A stretch of 52,036 nucleotides of DNA, from positions 1 to 52,036 of the forward strand of contig JACRBE010000058.1 of assembly GCA_016213235.1 (NCBI GenBank). The letters run 5' to 3'. Below the pieces are notes generated by a model. The model ran no database searches. It was not told where the DNA came from and worked only from the letters and a program-made list of their open reading frames with translations. Below are positions 37,877 through 47,939 of this stretch, piece by piece. Within the stretch, counting starts at the first letter, position 1; each line of letters starts with the position of its first letter. The DNA comes from Chlamydiales bacterium (GTDB taxonomy: Bacteria > Chlamydiota > Chlamydiia > Chlamydiales > JACRBE01). A program made the translations under genes and the position numbers.

Positions 37877-40750
37877 ATGAGATTGTGGTTTTTGGTTGCT
37901 GTTGTTTTTTCTGCTACGATTCTTCATGCTGGTGACGATGATAGTGCCACTATCATAAAAGATACCAACCCATTAAAAATTTTATCTCCCACTCTAAAAG
38001 ACGTACAAACACTCAAATTAAAATTAAAAAATGGATTAGCAGCTTATATTATTTCCGATCCTGAAGCGAGAGAATCTGCAGCAGCTCTTGCTGTAGAAGC
38101 AGGATCTTGGAATGATCCTGCTGAATATCCCGGGACGGCGCATTTCTTAGAACACATGTTATTTATGGGATCGGCAAAATATCCAACAGAAAATGAGATG
38201 TCACAATACCTTGGAGATAACCATGGTTTTGCTAATGCTTATACATCTACGGATCGTACTGTTTATATGTTTTCTGTTAATAATAATGCATTTGCAGGAG
38301 CTGTTGATCGATTTTCTCATTTTTTTATAGATCCTTTATTTTTGCTCAGCGGTGTAAAAAAAGAATTACATGCAGTAGACCAAGAACATGATAAAAACCT
38401 GGAAAATGATGGATGGAGATCATGGTATGTTTTTAAAGAAACCGGAAACCTATCCCATCCCAATCACAGCTTTTCTACAGGAAATGCAAAGACTCTTGGT
38501 GAAATTCCACCAGAAACGCTGCGCAAATGGTTTACAGAGCACTATAGCTCCGACAAGATGCATCTTGTGATCTATTCCAGTGAAGATATTGAATCATTAA
38601 AACAAATGGTAATCCAACATTTTTCTTTAGTTAAACAAGCGCAGGATTTTGCTTTTCCTTCATCCGATATTTTGAGTGATAAACAACGAGGAAAGATTAT
38701 CTATATAGAACCTGTAAAGGAACTTCGTGAAGTTACCATAGAGTGGAAAATCCCGGAGGATTTGGCAGATAGCGCTGCCACACAAATGGTCGCATATTTT
38801 TTATCGGACAAAAGTGAGCATAGTATTTATCATCAGCTAGAAAGTGCCGGTTTACTTGAATCAATAAATGCCGGAACAGAGCGTTTATCCAAGCACCATG
38901 CTCTATTTACTATACAGTTTTCTTTAACAAAAGAAGGAATAAAACAGCTTCATCAAATCTTAAACAGCACCTTTCAAGCCCTTCATTTTCTAAAAGATAA
39001 TTCTCTACCTAGTTATTATTATGATGAATGCAAATCGATGCAGATTGTAAATTACCAGTTCCAATCACGATCTAATGCTTTTGCTATTGTAGGGCAGCAT
39101 GCAAGTGCGTTAATTGATGAACCTTTCGACTCATATCCTTTTTCAAAAGACATCATGGGACCCTATTCTCCTAAAAATCTGGAACAACTACTCGAGTGTT
39201 TAACGCCTAAAAAAATGGTGGTATTTGTACTTGCTCCAGCAGACTTAACGGGTGTAAACCCTGACCATAAAGAAAAATGGCTTGGTGGTGAGTATTGTAT
39301 TGTAGATTTAAATGAAGAGCTGGAGACGCTAGCACAAGTAACGGCTAATTCTTCCATTAATTATCCTCCTGCGAATCCTTTTATTCCAAAGAATCTATCT
39401 ATTGTGTCTCCTATATCCTCCACAGAAGAAAAGGTGCCTAAGCTTTTGAAAGAAGAAGAAATGGGTATGCTTTACTATATGCAAGATTCTACCTTTCTAA
39501 CACCGGAGCTGAGCGTAAACATAGGGATAAAAACACCTCTTATCGATGGTGATGCAAAAAACTCTACTTGTTTAGATTTGTATCTTTATGGGATAGGTCA
39601 ATTACTCACTCCTATTGCATCCCAAGCTGGGATTGCAGGATTATATTCCAATGTCAGTATTTCTGATATGACACTGCAATTATCTGTGTCTGGGTATAGC
39701 GAAAAAGCTCTATTTCTCTTAGAAGAAATTATCAAACAAAGTAAATCGCACCAACCATCTATTGATGAATTTAATCTTTATAAAGAGGCTATTACTTCCC
39801 AATATGAAAATCAGTCCATGAACTTGCCTCTTTATTCTGCAAATGAAGTCTTGTCCAGCATCTTATTTAATGACGCTCCAACCTCTCAACAAAAACTAAA
39901 AATAATAAAGAGGCTATCGTATGAAGATTATTTAAAATATAATGAAGAACTCTTTAAACAAGTCTATATAGAGATGCTATGCTATGGTAATGTCACACAA
40001 GATGCTATAGAAAAAAGTTTTAATAAAACAAAAAGTATCTTTCAAGCAACACCTTATGCTCTCAGTGAACAGGTGAAAGCTAAGGTTTTACTATTATCAG
40101 AAAAAGAGGGTCCTTTTCAAATTAATCTCCAATCTAAGCTGCAAGGCAATGCCACTATCTTAGCAATAGAAAATGGATCTTTTACGTTTGAAAAAAGTGC
40201 TTCTCAACTAGTTGTCAATCTAGCACTTGATGAAGCTTTTTTTGATGAGCTGAGAACAAAACAGCAAACGGGCTATATTGTACAAAGTGTTGCAGTGCAA
40301 AAATATCAGCAACTCATGCAATTATTTGCAGTACAATCTAGTACGCATTATCCTACAGAACTACTTGCCAGATTTGAATTGTTTTTAGAGGAATATCTAA
40401 AAAATTTAACCTCCCATATTACAAAAGAGAGATTTGATAAACTCAAAGAGTCTTTGATTACAAAATTATCTGCGCCTGCAAAAAATTTGGATGAACAGGC
40501 TCATCTGTTTTATGCATATGCCTTTGTTTTTCAAGGAGATTTTGATAGAAAGCAAAAACAGATTCAAGCAATAGAAGAATTATCTTACGATCGATTTTTA
40601 TCTGACTGTGAACTCTTTTTTTCTAGAAATAATGGGAAACGTATTGCAGTTCTTGTAGAAGGGAAGCCAACAGAAAACAAATCCTTTAAATATAATCGTA
40701 TTTCTCAAGAATTACTAAAACAATCCGGCACTTATGTTTCTGCCCATTAA
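37877..40750 (+). CDS. ptr: Secreted insulinase-family (M16) protease III
   Basis: Signal peptide; AHFLEHMLFMGS (HxxEH); ELRTKQQTGYIV. Confidence 0.9.
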   Translation: MRLWFLVAVVFSATILHAGDDDSATIIKDTNPLKILSPTLKDVQTLKLKLKNGLAAYIISDPEARESAAALAVEAGSWNDPAEYPGTAHFLEHMLFMGSAKYPTENEMSQYLGDNHGFANAYTSTDRTVYMFSVNNNAFAGAVDRFSHFFIDPLFLLSGVKKELHAVDQEHDKNLENDGWRSWYVFKETGNLSHPNHSFSTGNAKTLGEIPPETLRKWFTEHYSSDKMHLVIYSSEDIESLKQMVIQHFSLVKQAQDFAFPSSDILSDKQRGKIIYIEPVKELREVTIEWKIPEDLADSAATQMVAYFLSDKSEHSIYHQLESAGLLESINAGTERLSKHHALFTIQFSLTKEGIKQLHQILNSTFQALHFLKDNSLPSYYYDECKSMQIVNYQFQSRSNAFAIVGQHASALIDEPFDSYPFSKDIMGPYSPKNLEQLLECLTPKKMVVFVLAPADLTGVNPDHKEKWLGGEYCIVDLNEELETLAQVTANSSINYPPANPFIPKNLSIVSPISSTEEKVPKLLKEEEMGMLYYMQDSTFLTPELSVNIGIKTPLIDGDAKNSTCLDLYLYGIGQLLTPIASQAGIAGLYSNVSISDMTLQLSVSGYSEKALFLLEEIIKQSKSHQPSIDEFNLYKEAITSQYENQSMNLPLYSANEVLSSILFNDAPTSQQKLKIIKRLSYEDYLKYNEELFKQVYIEMLCYGNVTQDAIEKSFNKTKSIFQATPYALSEQVKAKVLLLSEKEGPFQINLQSKLQGNATILAIENGSFTFEKSASQLVVNLALDEAFFDELRTKQQTGYIVQSVAVQKYQQLMQLFAVQSSTHYPTELLARFELFLEEYLKNLTSHITKERFDKLKESLITKLSAPAKNLDEQAHLFYAYAFVFQGDFDRKQKQIQAIEELSYDRFLSDCELFFSRNNGKRIAVLVEGKPTENKSFKYNRISQELLKQSGTYVSAH

Positions 40751-40807
40751 TAGTAAGAGCTTGAATTAATCGATATAATTTTTTAGGATGAGTTTTTTTG
40801 AGATAAC

Positions 40808-41506
40808 ATGAAAAACTTACTTAAAAAATACTCTCCTCTTATTATTATTATTGTCGGTATCACATTATTTTATTTATTTCATCTACATCATTATTTTACC
40901 TTTGATGTTTTTAAATCCCATCACCGATATCTTAAAACATTCGTACACAACCACGTATTTATTTCTGTTATTATTGCTATTATTATTTATATCGTGAGTA
41001 TTGCACTATCGCTGCCTATTGCTGGAGTACTTAGCCTTGCTATCGGTTATTTATTTGTCTTTCCACTCAGTACGTTTATGGTGGTTTTTTCAGCAACAAT
41101 AGGAGCTTGCATTCTTTTTGTATCTACCAAAATTGCATTATCTGAGCATGTATATAAAATATCTCCCAAGTTAGTCGATAAAATACACCATCAATTGGAA
41201 ACAAAAGGCTCTATTTATCTCGTTGCAATACGACTACTTCCTATCATTCCTTTTTGGGTAATTAACATTGTCTGTGCCATGCTAAATATATCCTTTGCAC
41301 GTTTTTTATGGACCACCGTAATAGGAATTATTCCCGGATCCATTTTATATACTTATGCAGGAGACTCCCTGAATACTATATTTGAAAAAAAAGGATCATT
41401 TTCTATTTCTGAAATTTTTACGCCACATATTCAAATAGCATTTGGGATGCTTATTACTTTTATTTTATTATCTCTTATTATTAAAAAAACGAGTGCAAAA
41501 ACATGA
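40808..41506 (+). CDS. TVP38/TMEM64 (DedA superfamily) membrane protein
   Basis: SLP....LSLAIGYLF, ATIGA, RLLPIIPFWVIN, TVIGIIPG. Confidence 0.88.
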   Translation: MKNLLKKYSPLIIIIVGITLFYLFHLHHYFTFDVFKSHHRYLKTFVHNHVFISVIIAIIIYIVSIALSLPIAGVLSLAIGYLFVFPLSTFMVVFSATIGACILFVSTKIALSEHVYKISPKLVDKIHHQLETKGSIYLVAIRLLPIIPFWVINIVCAMLNISFARFLWTTVIGIIPGSILYTYAGDSLNTIFEKKGSFSISEIFTPHIQIAFGMLITFILLSLIIKKTSAKT

Positions 41507-42093
41507 TTGACAGCTACGGTAGATCGCTATATCAAAAATGGATTGTTGATCCTATTTTAAAAATATCCTTTATCCACCAATTATCCCCTAATCAGATCAC
41601 ATTCATTGGGCTTTTCTGTGGGGTAATCAGCTTTTTCTTGATTGTATTAAAGGTCAATATCATTGCGATCATCTTTCTATTGCTGTCCGGATTTTTTGAT
41701 ACACTCGATGGCTCTGTTGCAAGAGCAAATAATAGCGTTGCCACCACAGGGTCGGCTTTAGATATTTTTATCGATCGTATGGTAGAGAGTCTTGTGATAT
41801 TAGGACTTTATCTACAAGAGCCTATAGCGCGTTCCTTACCTTGCATGTTAATGCTAATCACCATCTTGTTATGTATCACTTCTTTTTTAGTAGTTGGTAT
41901 TTTTACAACTAACAATAGTGAAAAAAGCTTTCACTATAGTCCCGGCATCATAGAGCGTTTTGAAGCGTTTTGTTTTTTTATTGCTATGATCTTATTTCCA
42001 AAACATTTTATCTGGATCAGCTATACTTTTTCTTTTCTTGTATTTCTTACAGCCACTATCAGAATGTCACAATTTTATCGATTTTCCAAATAG
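41503..42093 (+). CDS. CDP-alcohol phosphatidyltransferase (YnjF-like)
   Basis: SPNQIT, DTLDGSVAR..GSALDIFIDR, KSFHYSPGIIERFE. Confidence 0.85.
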   Translation: MIDSYGRSLYQKWIVDPILKISFIHQLSPNQITFIGLFCGVISFFLIVLKVNIIAIIFLLLSGFFDTLDGSVARANNSVATTGSALDIFIDRMVESLVILGLYLQEPIARSLPCMLMLITILLCITSFLVVGIFTTNNSEKSFHYSPGIIERFEAFCFFIAMILFPKHFIWISYTFSFLVFLTATIRMSQFYRFSK

Positions 42094-42189
42094 CGAAACT
42101 ATCAACAATTATTTTAATTCTTTTCAACCATTAAGAATTCATGCATAGTTGCATTTTATTTTAGTTTATCATTAAACCATAACAAAGGA

Positions 42190-42612
42190 ATGATTATGAA
42201 AACAGTAATACGATATATATCTATGGCTGGATTTGTTATAACAACATCTATAGCGCAAGCAGGTACTGTGCTTACTAAAGATATTACAAAAGAACTACCG
42301 GAAATTTCTACAACAACACCACCTGAATTTCAAAAGATTGTAAATGTAGCGCAATATAAAGCTGCTGACTGGAATAATGTAGTGGGTGTTGCAAAAGATA
42401 TTTCATTAGAACATGCTTACAAAATTGCAAATGATAATCCGGATATTGATTTCTTTTTCTATACAAAAGGCGGTCAAATGGTCCTTGAAAAAGAAAATGG
42501 GGAGTATCGAGTCTTCCGGCATGGGGATACAGTATTCTTTTCCGGCACGCCATGGTGGGGAAGCGCTCCCGGGCTTGCTGATGGCTACATAAAAGCACGT
42601 GCTCCAAATTAA
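42190..42612 (+). CDS. Small secreted hypothetical protein
   Basis: SD aagga; signal peptide ending AQA; aromatic-rich domain (VAQYKAADW, FFFYTKGG, FFSGTPWWGSA). Confidence 0.75.
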   Translation: MIMKTVIRYISMAGFVITTSIAQAGTVLTKDITKELPEISTTTPPEFQKIVNVAQYKAADWNNVVGVAKDISLEHAYKIANDNPDIDFFFYTKGGQMVLEKENGEYRVFRHGDTVFFSGTPWWGSAPGLADGYIKARAPN

Positions 42613-42619
42613 TATTCAG

Positions 42620-42663
42620 CTAGTTGAGTGCCCAAATTTCGTTAAAATTGGTCACTTAACCAG
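42620..42663. terminator. Imperfect long hairpin between convergent genes
   Basis: ctagttgagtgcccaaattt-cgtt-aaaattggtcacttaaccag, 20-bp stem with 3 mismatches. Confidence 0.4.
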
Positions 42664-42768
42664 TATCAAGTAGAGGAAGAATATGTGCTGCATGTCCATC
42701 ATAAGATGGGGAGAGATTTTGTAATCTATACCTTACACTTTTTACATCATTTTGTCTGGTACAGTTTA

Positions 42769-43494
42769 CTAGCTTTCGACATCCATCATGTTATGGAAAA
42801 CAGCATCAACATCTTCTAGATTTTCAATCCATTCGATTAAAGCCTCATTTGCCTTGCGCGACTCCTCATCACACTCTACTGTTACTTTTGGGATCATTTC
42901 CAGACTCGATTCGATCGTAATATAGCCTTTTGCATCAATTGCTTCTTTTACCTGATAAAGTAGATCCGGAGGAGTAATGATGGTATAACAATCCCCTTCC
43001 GGGTCAAAGTCTTCCGCGCCAGACTCTATTGCTATATTGAAAATAGTCTCTTCATCCACGTTGTCTTTAGAGACTAGAATAATACCTTTTCGATCAAAGT
43101 TATACGCAACAGAACCGGGCATAGCCACTGTACCACCTCGTTTATTAGTAGCAATCCTCATATCGGATGATGTTCTATTTTTGTTATCCGTCATGATATC
43201 AACAATAATACCTACACCACCATATCCATATAATTCATAGGTAAGCTCAAAATAATCACCCTGCTCAGCGGAGGATGCCTTTTTAATATTTCTTTCAATA
43301 TTATCGTTAGGAAGATTTACTGCTTTTGCCTTTAAAATAGCCAGCTTCAGCTTGGGGTTAGATTTTTGATCGGGACCACCTTGTCTTACAGCGCTAATGA
43401 TCTCTTTAGTAGCCCTGGAATACAGTTTTCCTTTTTGCTTATCTGCTTTTTCTTTGCGATGTTTAATATTCGCCCACTTACTATGTCCAGCCAT
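42769..43494 (-). CDS. yebC: YebC/PmpR family protein
   Basis: MAGHSKWANIKHRK, YELYG.GGVG, TDNKNRT, DV..VFHN. Confidence 0.95.
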   Translation of the reverse strand: MAGHSKWANIKHRKEKADKQKGKLYSRATKEIISAVRQGGPDQKSNPKLKLAILKAKAVNLPNDNIERNIKKASSAEQGDYFELTYELYGYGGVGIIVDIMTDNKNRTSSDMRIATNKRGGTVAMPGSVAYNFDRKGIILVSKDNVDEETIFNIAIESGAEDFDPEGDCYTIITPPDLLYQVKEAIDAKGYITIESSLEMIPKVTVECDEESRKANEALIEWIENLEDVDAVFHNMMDVES

Positions 43495-43501
43495 ATTAGT
43501 C

Positions 43502-44002
43502 CTACTCCAACCACTTTTGCATTAATATCTTATTTTTATAGATATCAGGGCTCTCTTTTAAGAAATGTTTGTGCATCCCATATACCTGGTATCCCATCCT
43601 TTCATATAATCGTTGTGCCGGGTTATTTTCATACACTTCTAAGTGCAGTAAACTAACATTGAACTCTTCCCTTGCGACTTTTTCTATATACTTCAATAAA
43701 AAAGCCCCGTACCCCTTTCCCCTCTCTTTTTCCGTTATAATAATGGAAAGTAAAGACTGATGAGATATTTTTTTAGCATAATGAGGATAAATCGTACAAA
43801 TTCCAATCGGTTCATCATTTTTTATCAGGGTAAAACAAGAGTTTAACTGAGCATAACTAATCCAAATCTTTGCAGACTCCTCTGCCTCTTTACGATTAGA
43901 CATTGGGAAAAAATTTAAAACACCGGGCTCTAACAAAAAACCGAGCAAATAAGGATAATCTTTTTCTATAATTGATAGTCTTACATCTATTTTGTCTTCC
44001 AT
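43502..44002 (-). CDS. GNAT family N-acetyltransferase
   Basis: RGKGYG motif A; LHLEVYENNPAQRLYERMGY motif B. Confidence 0.88.
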   Translation of the reverse strand: MEDKIDVRLSIIEKDYPYLLGFLLEPGVLNFFPMSNRKEAEESAKIWISYAQLNSCFTLIKNDEPIGICTIYPHYAKKISHQSLLSIIITEKERGKGYGAFLLKYIEKVAREEFNVSLLHLEVYENNPAQRLYERMGYQVYGMHKHFLKESPDIYKNKILMQKWLE

Positions 44003-44502
44003 TATAGCTGCACCTCCAAGACGATTCTATCGACAAGCTCACTATCAAAAATAGCATACCCCTCTTGTCGAATAATCTCTTTAAATCCAAAGCTATTTAG
44101 TAAAGCAGTATCTGGATATCCATCAAAGGTCTCTAAATGCATCGATTCCAAATGAAGATATTCTTTTGCAAGATGTTTGAGGTTTTTTATAAGAGAACTT
44201 GTAACATCTTTAAACGATGGATCGACTACAAAGTATAACATGGCAAGATGAGATACCTTTTTATAAGGCATTAAAAAGATAATACCCATGCCACAAATCG
44301 TGTTTTTATAGGCAGCTGTCAATGCACATTGATACTTAGAATAAAAAAGCCAATTCCTAGCAAATAAATCGACACCTGTTTCTACATCTATCGAAATCCA
44401 TTTATTATTTTCTGGACAGGCGAGCAATCTTTTCAGATCGATTTCATCCGTTGGCAGAGTATATCGTATGTCAAAATCAGGAGAATCAATAATCGAAGCC
44501 AC
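44002..44502 (-). CDS. GNAT-fold protein lacking the acetyl-CoA motif A
   Basis: Collinear paralogue of the downstream GNAT (YKKVSH, HLE, FGF) without R/QxxGxG. Confidence 0.7.
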   Translation of the reverse strand: MASIIDSPDFDIRYTLPTDEIDLKRLLACPENNKWISIDVETGVDLFARNWLFYSKYQCALTAAYKNTICGMGIIFLMPYKKVSHLAMLYFVVDPSFKDVTSSLIKNLKHLAKEYLHLESMHLETFDGYPDTALLNSFGFKEIIRQEGYAIFDSELVDRIVLEVQL

Positions 44503-44504
44503 TT

Positions 44505-45600
44505 TTAACCAAACTCCTTTAAATAAGCATTAATAAAGCCATCAATTTCCCCATCCATTACTTTTTGTATGTTACCTTCTTCATATTTTGTTCTAGTATC
44601 TTTTACAAGCGTATATGGTTGAAAAACATAGCTACGAATTTGTGAGCCCCAAGCAATTTCTTTTTTGTCCCCAGCTAATTGCTCTACTCGTTTTTCTCTT
44701 TCTAAAACTTCTAACTCATATAATTTAGATTTTAACATTTTTAGGCAAGTTTCTCTATTTTGGATTTGAGATCTCTCCCCTTGAGAAGAGACAACAATAC
44801 CAGTAGAAAGATGGGTGATGCGAACAGCAGAATCTGTTGTATTAACATGTTGACCACCTGCTCCTGATGACCGGTAAGTATCAACACGAATATCTTCGGG
44901 TCTAATTTCAATCTGAATATCATCATCTATTTCTGGTGACACTTCTACCGATGCAAAACTGGTATGTCTTCTTGCATTGCTATCAAAAGGAGATATCCTG
45001 ACCAGCCGGTGCACTCCTTTTTCTGCTTTTGCATAGCCATAAGCAAAAGGACCTGTAAATTTAAGGGTGATATGTTTGATACCGGCGACTTCCCCTTCAA
45101 GCAAATCGATGACTTCGCATTTCCACTTTCTCTTTGCAGCAAAACGTTGATACATGCGAGACAGCATTTCTACCCAATCACAAGACTCTGTTCCACCAGC
45201 ACCTGCATTAATGGTTAAGAAACAGTTTTTATTATCCATCTCCCCAGAAAGCATTTTTTTTACTTCTAGTTCCTGCAAATCTGCTTCAATTAGTTGTATT
45301 TCCTTTGCTAGTTCCAACACAAAGGCCTCATCTCCTGTAGTAATTGCTTCTGGTAATATTGTTTTCACATCCTGGGACCTACGAATTAAATCATAATAAG
45401 GGACGGTCCATTCTTTTAATAAATTGGCTTCAGAAATAATTTTTTGCGCTTGATTCTGATCATTCCAAAAAGAAGATCCTTGCATGATATCTTCTAGTTC
45501 AAGAATTTTTTTTTCTTTGACATCGATGTCAAAGAAACCTCCGCATAGAAGATAGTCTTTGTTCAATATTATTTAGCTTAAGTAATAAATCTTCACTCAT
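44505..45600 (-). CDS. prfB: Peptide chain release factor 2 with programmed +1 frameshift (about 364 aa)
   Basis: 23-codon [26 protein letters not shown] ends at CTT TGA C; the +1 frame has SPF and GGQ motifs. Confidence 0.96.
45528..45543 (-). promoter_or_regulatory. RF2 +1 frameshift cassette (internal SD GGAGG + CTT TGA C)
   Basis: Minus strand CGGAGGTTTCTTTGAC. Confidence 0.93.
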
Positions 45601-47684
45601 ATATTTCTCTTGATTTGTATCTCATCGTTATTAAACAAATAAGTATAAAAGGGAAACGATCCGGTAATTTGTTCTCTTTTAAACAAGATGAGTCCATTTT
45701 CTTCGTAGGCTGTCACTTTTGTGTTATCTTCTACTATGATATGAATATCACCTTTTAAATGAATATTTTCAGCAATAAATTCTGCATTTTCTCCAAGAAC
45801 AATGTGGCATTTTTCTTGTCGCAGATACTCCCCTTTCCAATAAGGCTGCGCTATTTTAGCATCGATCCCTAAATTATTAATAGTAACATTTTTAAGTGTA
45901 CATTTTCCTGTTCTATCCGAGTATTTAAAAAGATTATTTTCCATATGTCCGAAAATATTTTTTGTCTCTATAAGAAGGGAGCCTTGTAGCACTAGATACT
46001 CTATCTCTATATCGGCAATATTCAAAATTAGCTCTGCACCATGATACAATATGCCATGCTGCAACTTTTGTGTAATAATATCAAACAAAGGCCCAAGTGC
46101 AGGATGATAATCAAAAATAAAAGGGGGTTGCTCTGAAGAAAAATCTCTCTTTTCTCCTAGCATTGGAACAGTAAAACCACATTTAACCAGGAGATCAAAA
46201 CGGTTCATTAAAAGATCAAAAAAACAACTGGTGGGGGTTTCCTTAATATCGTGTTCCTTTAAGGATTTTTTCACAGCAGAAATAGTTTTTTTTCTTTCAT
46301 TGAAAACAAGAAATGTTTGCATCTCTTCTTCCGGTACATCACTATCATCCACAAAATATTCTGCAAGATTTTGCATCGTAAGCTCCAATCTGGCAATGGA
46401 CTGGTTATTAATATCTCTAAAATTAAGCAGCGCTCCTGGATAAGGATAAGCCTTTGTAGCCTCCTGGATGCCTTTGAGATCGACAAAAAGAATATTGGTA
46501 TTAGCAGGATAATAATCGAAATTTTCAATTTGGGTAAGATGTTGCAAATGAATAAAATCACAATATTCTATATTGGAAACCATCTTTCCCTGTTTTACGG
46601 CTTTAATAACATTCACACCCTCATTCATACCCGATGTTCTTTTACATGAGGAAAACCCAAACTTTTTATTCCCCAAATGACCAATACCCATGAAAGAAAG
46701 AAGCCCATAATCAATACCAGCTATCGGATTATTAATTTGTCTTACAAGCGCTTTTGTCTTCTTTAAGTGACACAGCTTTTCAAACACACCTTCTTTATCT
46801 GCTAACTTCCAAAGGACACCGTGCCCTCCTGGTCTCAAAATTAACTCTAGTGGTTTTTCTAATATCCAATTACCCGTCCGATCAAATACCGGTACAAGCG
46901 GCTGAGGAAACAAATAAAAAGAATCTTTCAAACGATGAAACCAATCATGCTGCTCACAGAGTTGTATAATATGAGTATGATTATTTTTATCCATGGATGT
47001 CATCATAACAATTGGAGTTTGCAGCTCTTGATGAAAGCATTTAAAATAAAGAAACTCTCTACCTTGCAAATCTTCTATAAGCCACTCTAATAGTGTCTTA
47101 CTCATGATTTTTAGGCATGCTGCTGGCAGTGGATCTTTTGTGAGAGGGTCTACCAGTTGCAATCGATCTGCAGCCCCCCCCATAGGGTACATCTCTGCCA
47201 TCTTGTCTAATTGTTTGATGCCCTCATAAATAGATTGTTGAACAAAAGTATTTTGCAAATTGATGTCATTGCCAGTAGGAGAGGAATAGTCGATCTCTTC
47301 TTCTAGTTGTTTATTATCTTCAAGAAGCATCTTAATGACTTGGATTTGATAACCTACCAGCCCTCCCAAATCATGATAAAAATGATCAATAAACGATAAA
47401 TGTGTAAGTAGCTTCCTGAAGGATTCTTGATAGTTTCCAATGACGAGATTTTCAGCAAAGAAAAGATGTTGTTGCTGTATAAAAAGCACTTGCTTAATTA
47501 AATATTCGTCATAAAGAGAAAGTGGTATAGGCAACGTTGCAAATACATCGTTGACTTCCTTAAATGACGAAAGAAAGGACAACTTTATTTCAATTGAATC
47601 ATTTATTTTAGTTGCATATTTATAAGATAATAATTTGCGATAATTGTCTTCTAGTTCAGTTTGTGTTTCTATTTCTAATTTCAT
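45597..47684 (-). CDS. UTP--sugar-1-phosphate uridylyltransferase, plant UGP3-like
   Basis: MGGAADRL, PLPAA, TPIVMMTS, QPLVP, RPGGHG..WKLA, VRQINNP, NIEY, ANTN, RLE..MQN. Confidence 0.8.
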   Translation of the reverse strand: MKLEIETQTELEDNYRKLLSYKYATKINDSIEIKLSFLSSFKEVNDVFATLPIPLSLYDEYLIKQVLFIQQQHLFFAENLVIGNYQESFRKLLTHLSFIDHFYHDLGGLVGYQIQVIKMLLEDNKQLEEEIDYSSPTGNDINLQNTFVQQSIYEGIKQLDKMAEMYPMGGAADRLQLVDPLTKDPLPAACLKIMSKTLLEWLIEDLQGREFLYFKCFHQELQTPIVMMTSMDKNNHTHIIQLCEQHDWFHRLKDSFYLFPQPLVPVFDRTGNWILEKPLELILRPGGHGVLWKLADKEGVFEKLCHLKKTKALVRQINNPIAGIDYGLLSFMGIGHLGNKKFGFSSCKRTSGMNEGVNVIKAVKQGKMVSNIEYCDFIHLQHLTQIENFDYYPANTNILFVDLKGIQEATKAYPYPGALLNFRDINNQSIARLELTMQNLAEYFVDDSDVPEEEMQTFLVFNERKKTISAVKKSLKEHDIKETPTSCFFDLLMNRFDLLVKCGFTVPMLGEKRDFSSEQPPFIFDYHPALGPLFDIITQKLQHGILYHGAELILNIADIEIEYLVLQGSLLIETKNIFGHMENNLFKYSDRTGKCTLKNVTINNLGIDAKIAQPYWKGEYLRQEKCHIVLGENAEFIAENIHLKGDIHIIVEDNTKVTAYEENGLILFKREQITGSFPFYTYLFNNDEIQIKRNI

Positions 47685-47939
47685 ATTCGATTATAAAAAT
47701 GCACTCATTAACTTTAGACTTAAAGTTTATATACTTTGTCACGTTCTCTATCAAAAGGCAATTATTTTTAAAGAATAATCGAAAAAAGCACTTTTTTTTT
47801 GACTAATAAATCCAACTCGAAGATAAAAGACAGAAGAAAAGTAATTTTTTTTAATTTAAAATGTTGGGACAGCCCCGGCAAATAAATGAACAAATGGCGA
47901 AAAGCCACAACCATAGTAAAGAAAATAAGGAGCGAAAGC

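Noticed and set aside
47860..47935. GC-richer leader before SWIB (gggacagcccc, tggcgaaaagcca) as a riboswitch
   Set aside because: Only 4-bp stems; does not fit any riboswitch consensus I can verify.
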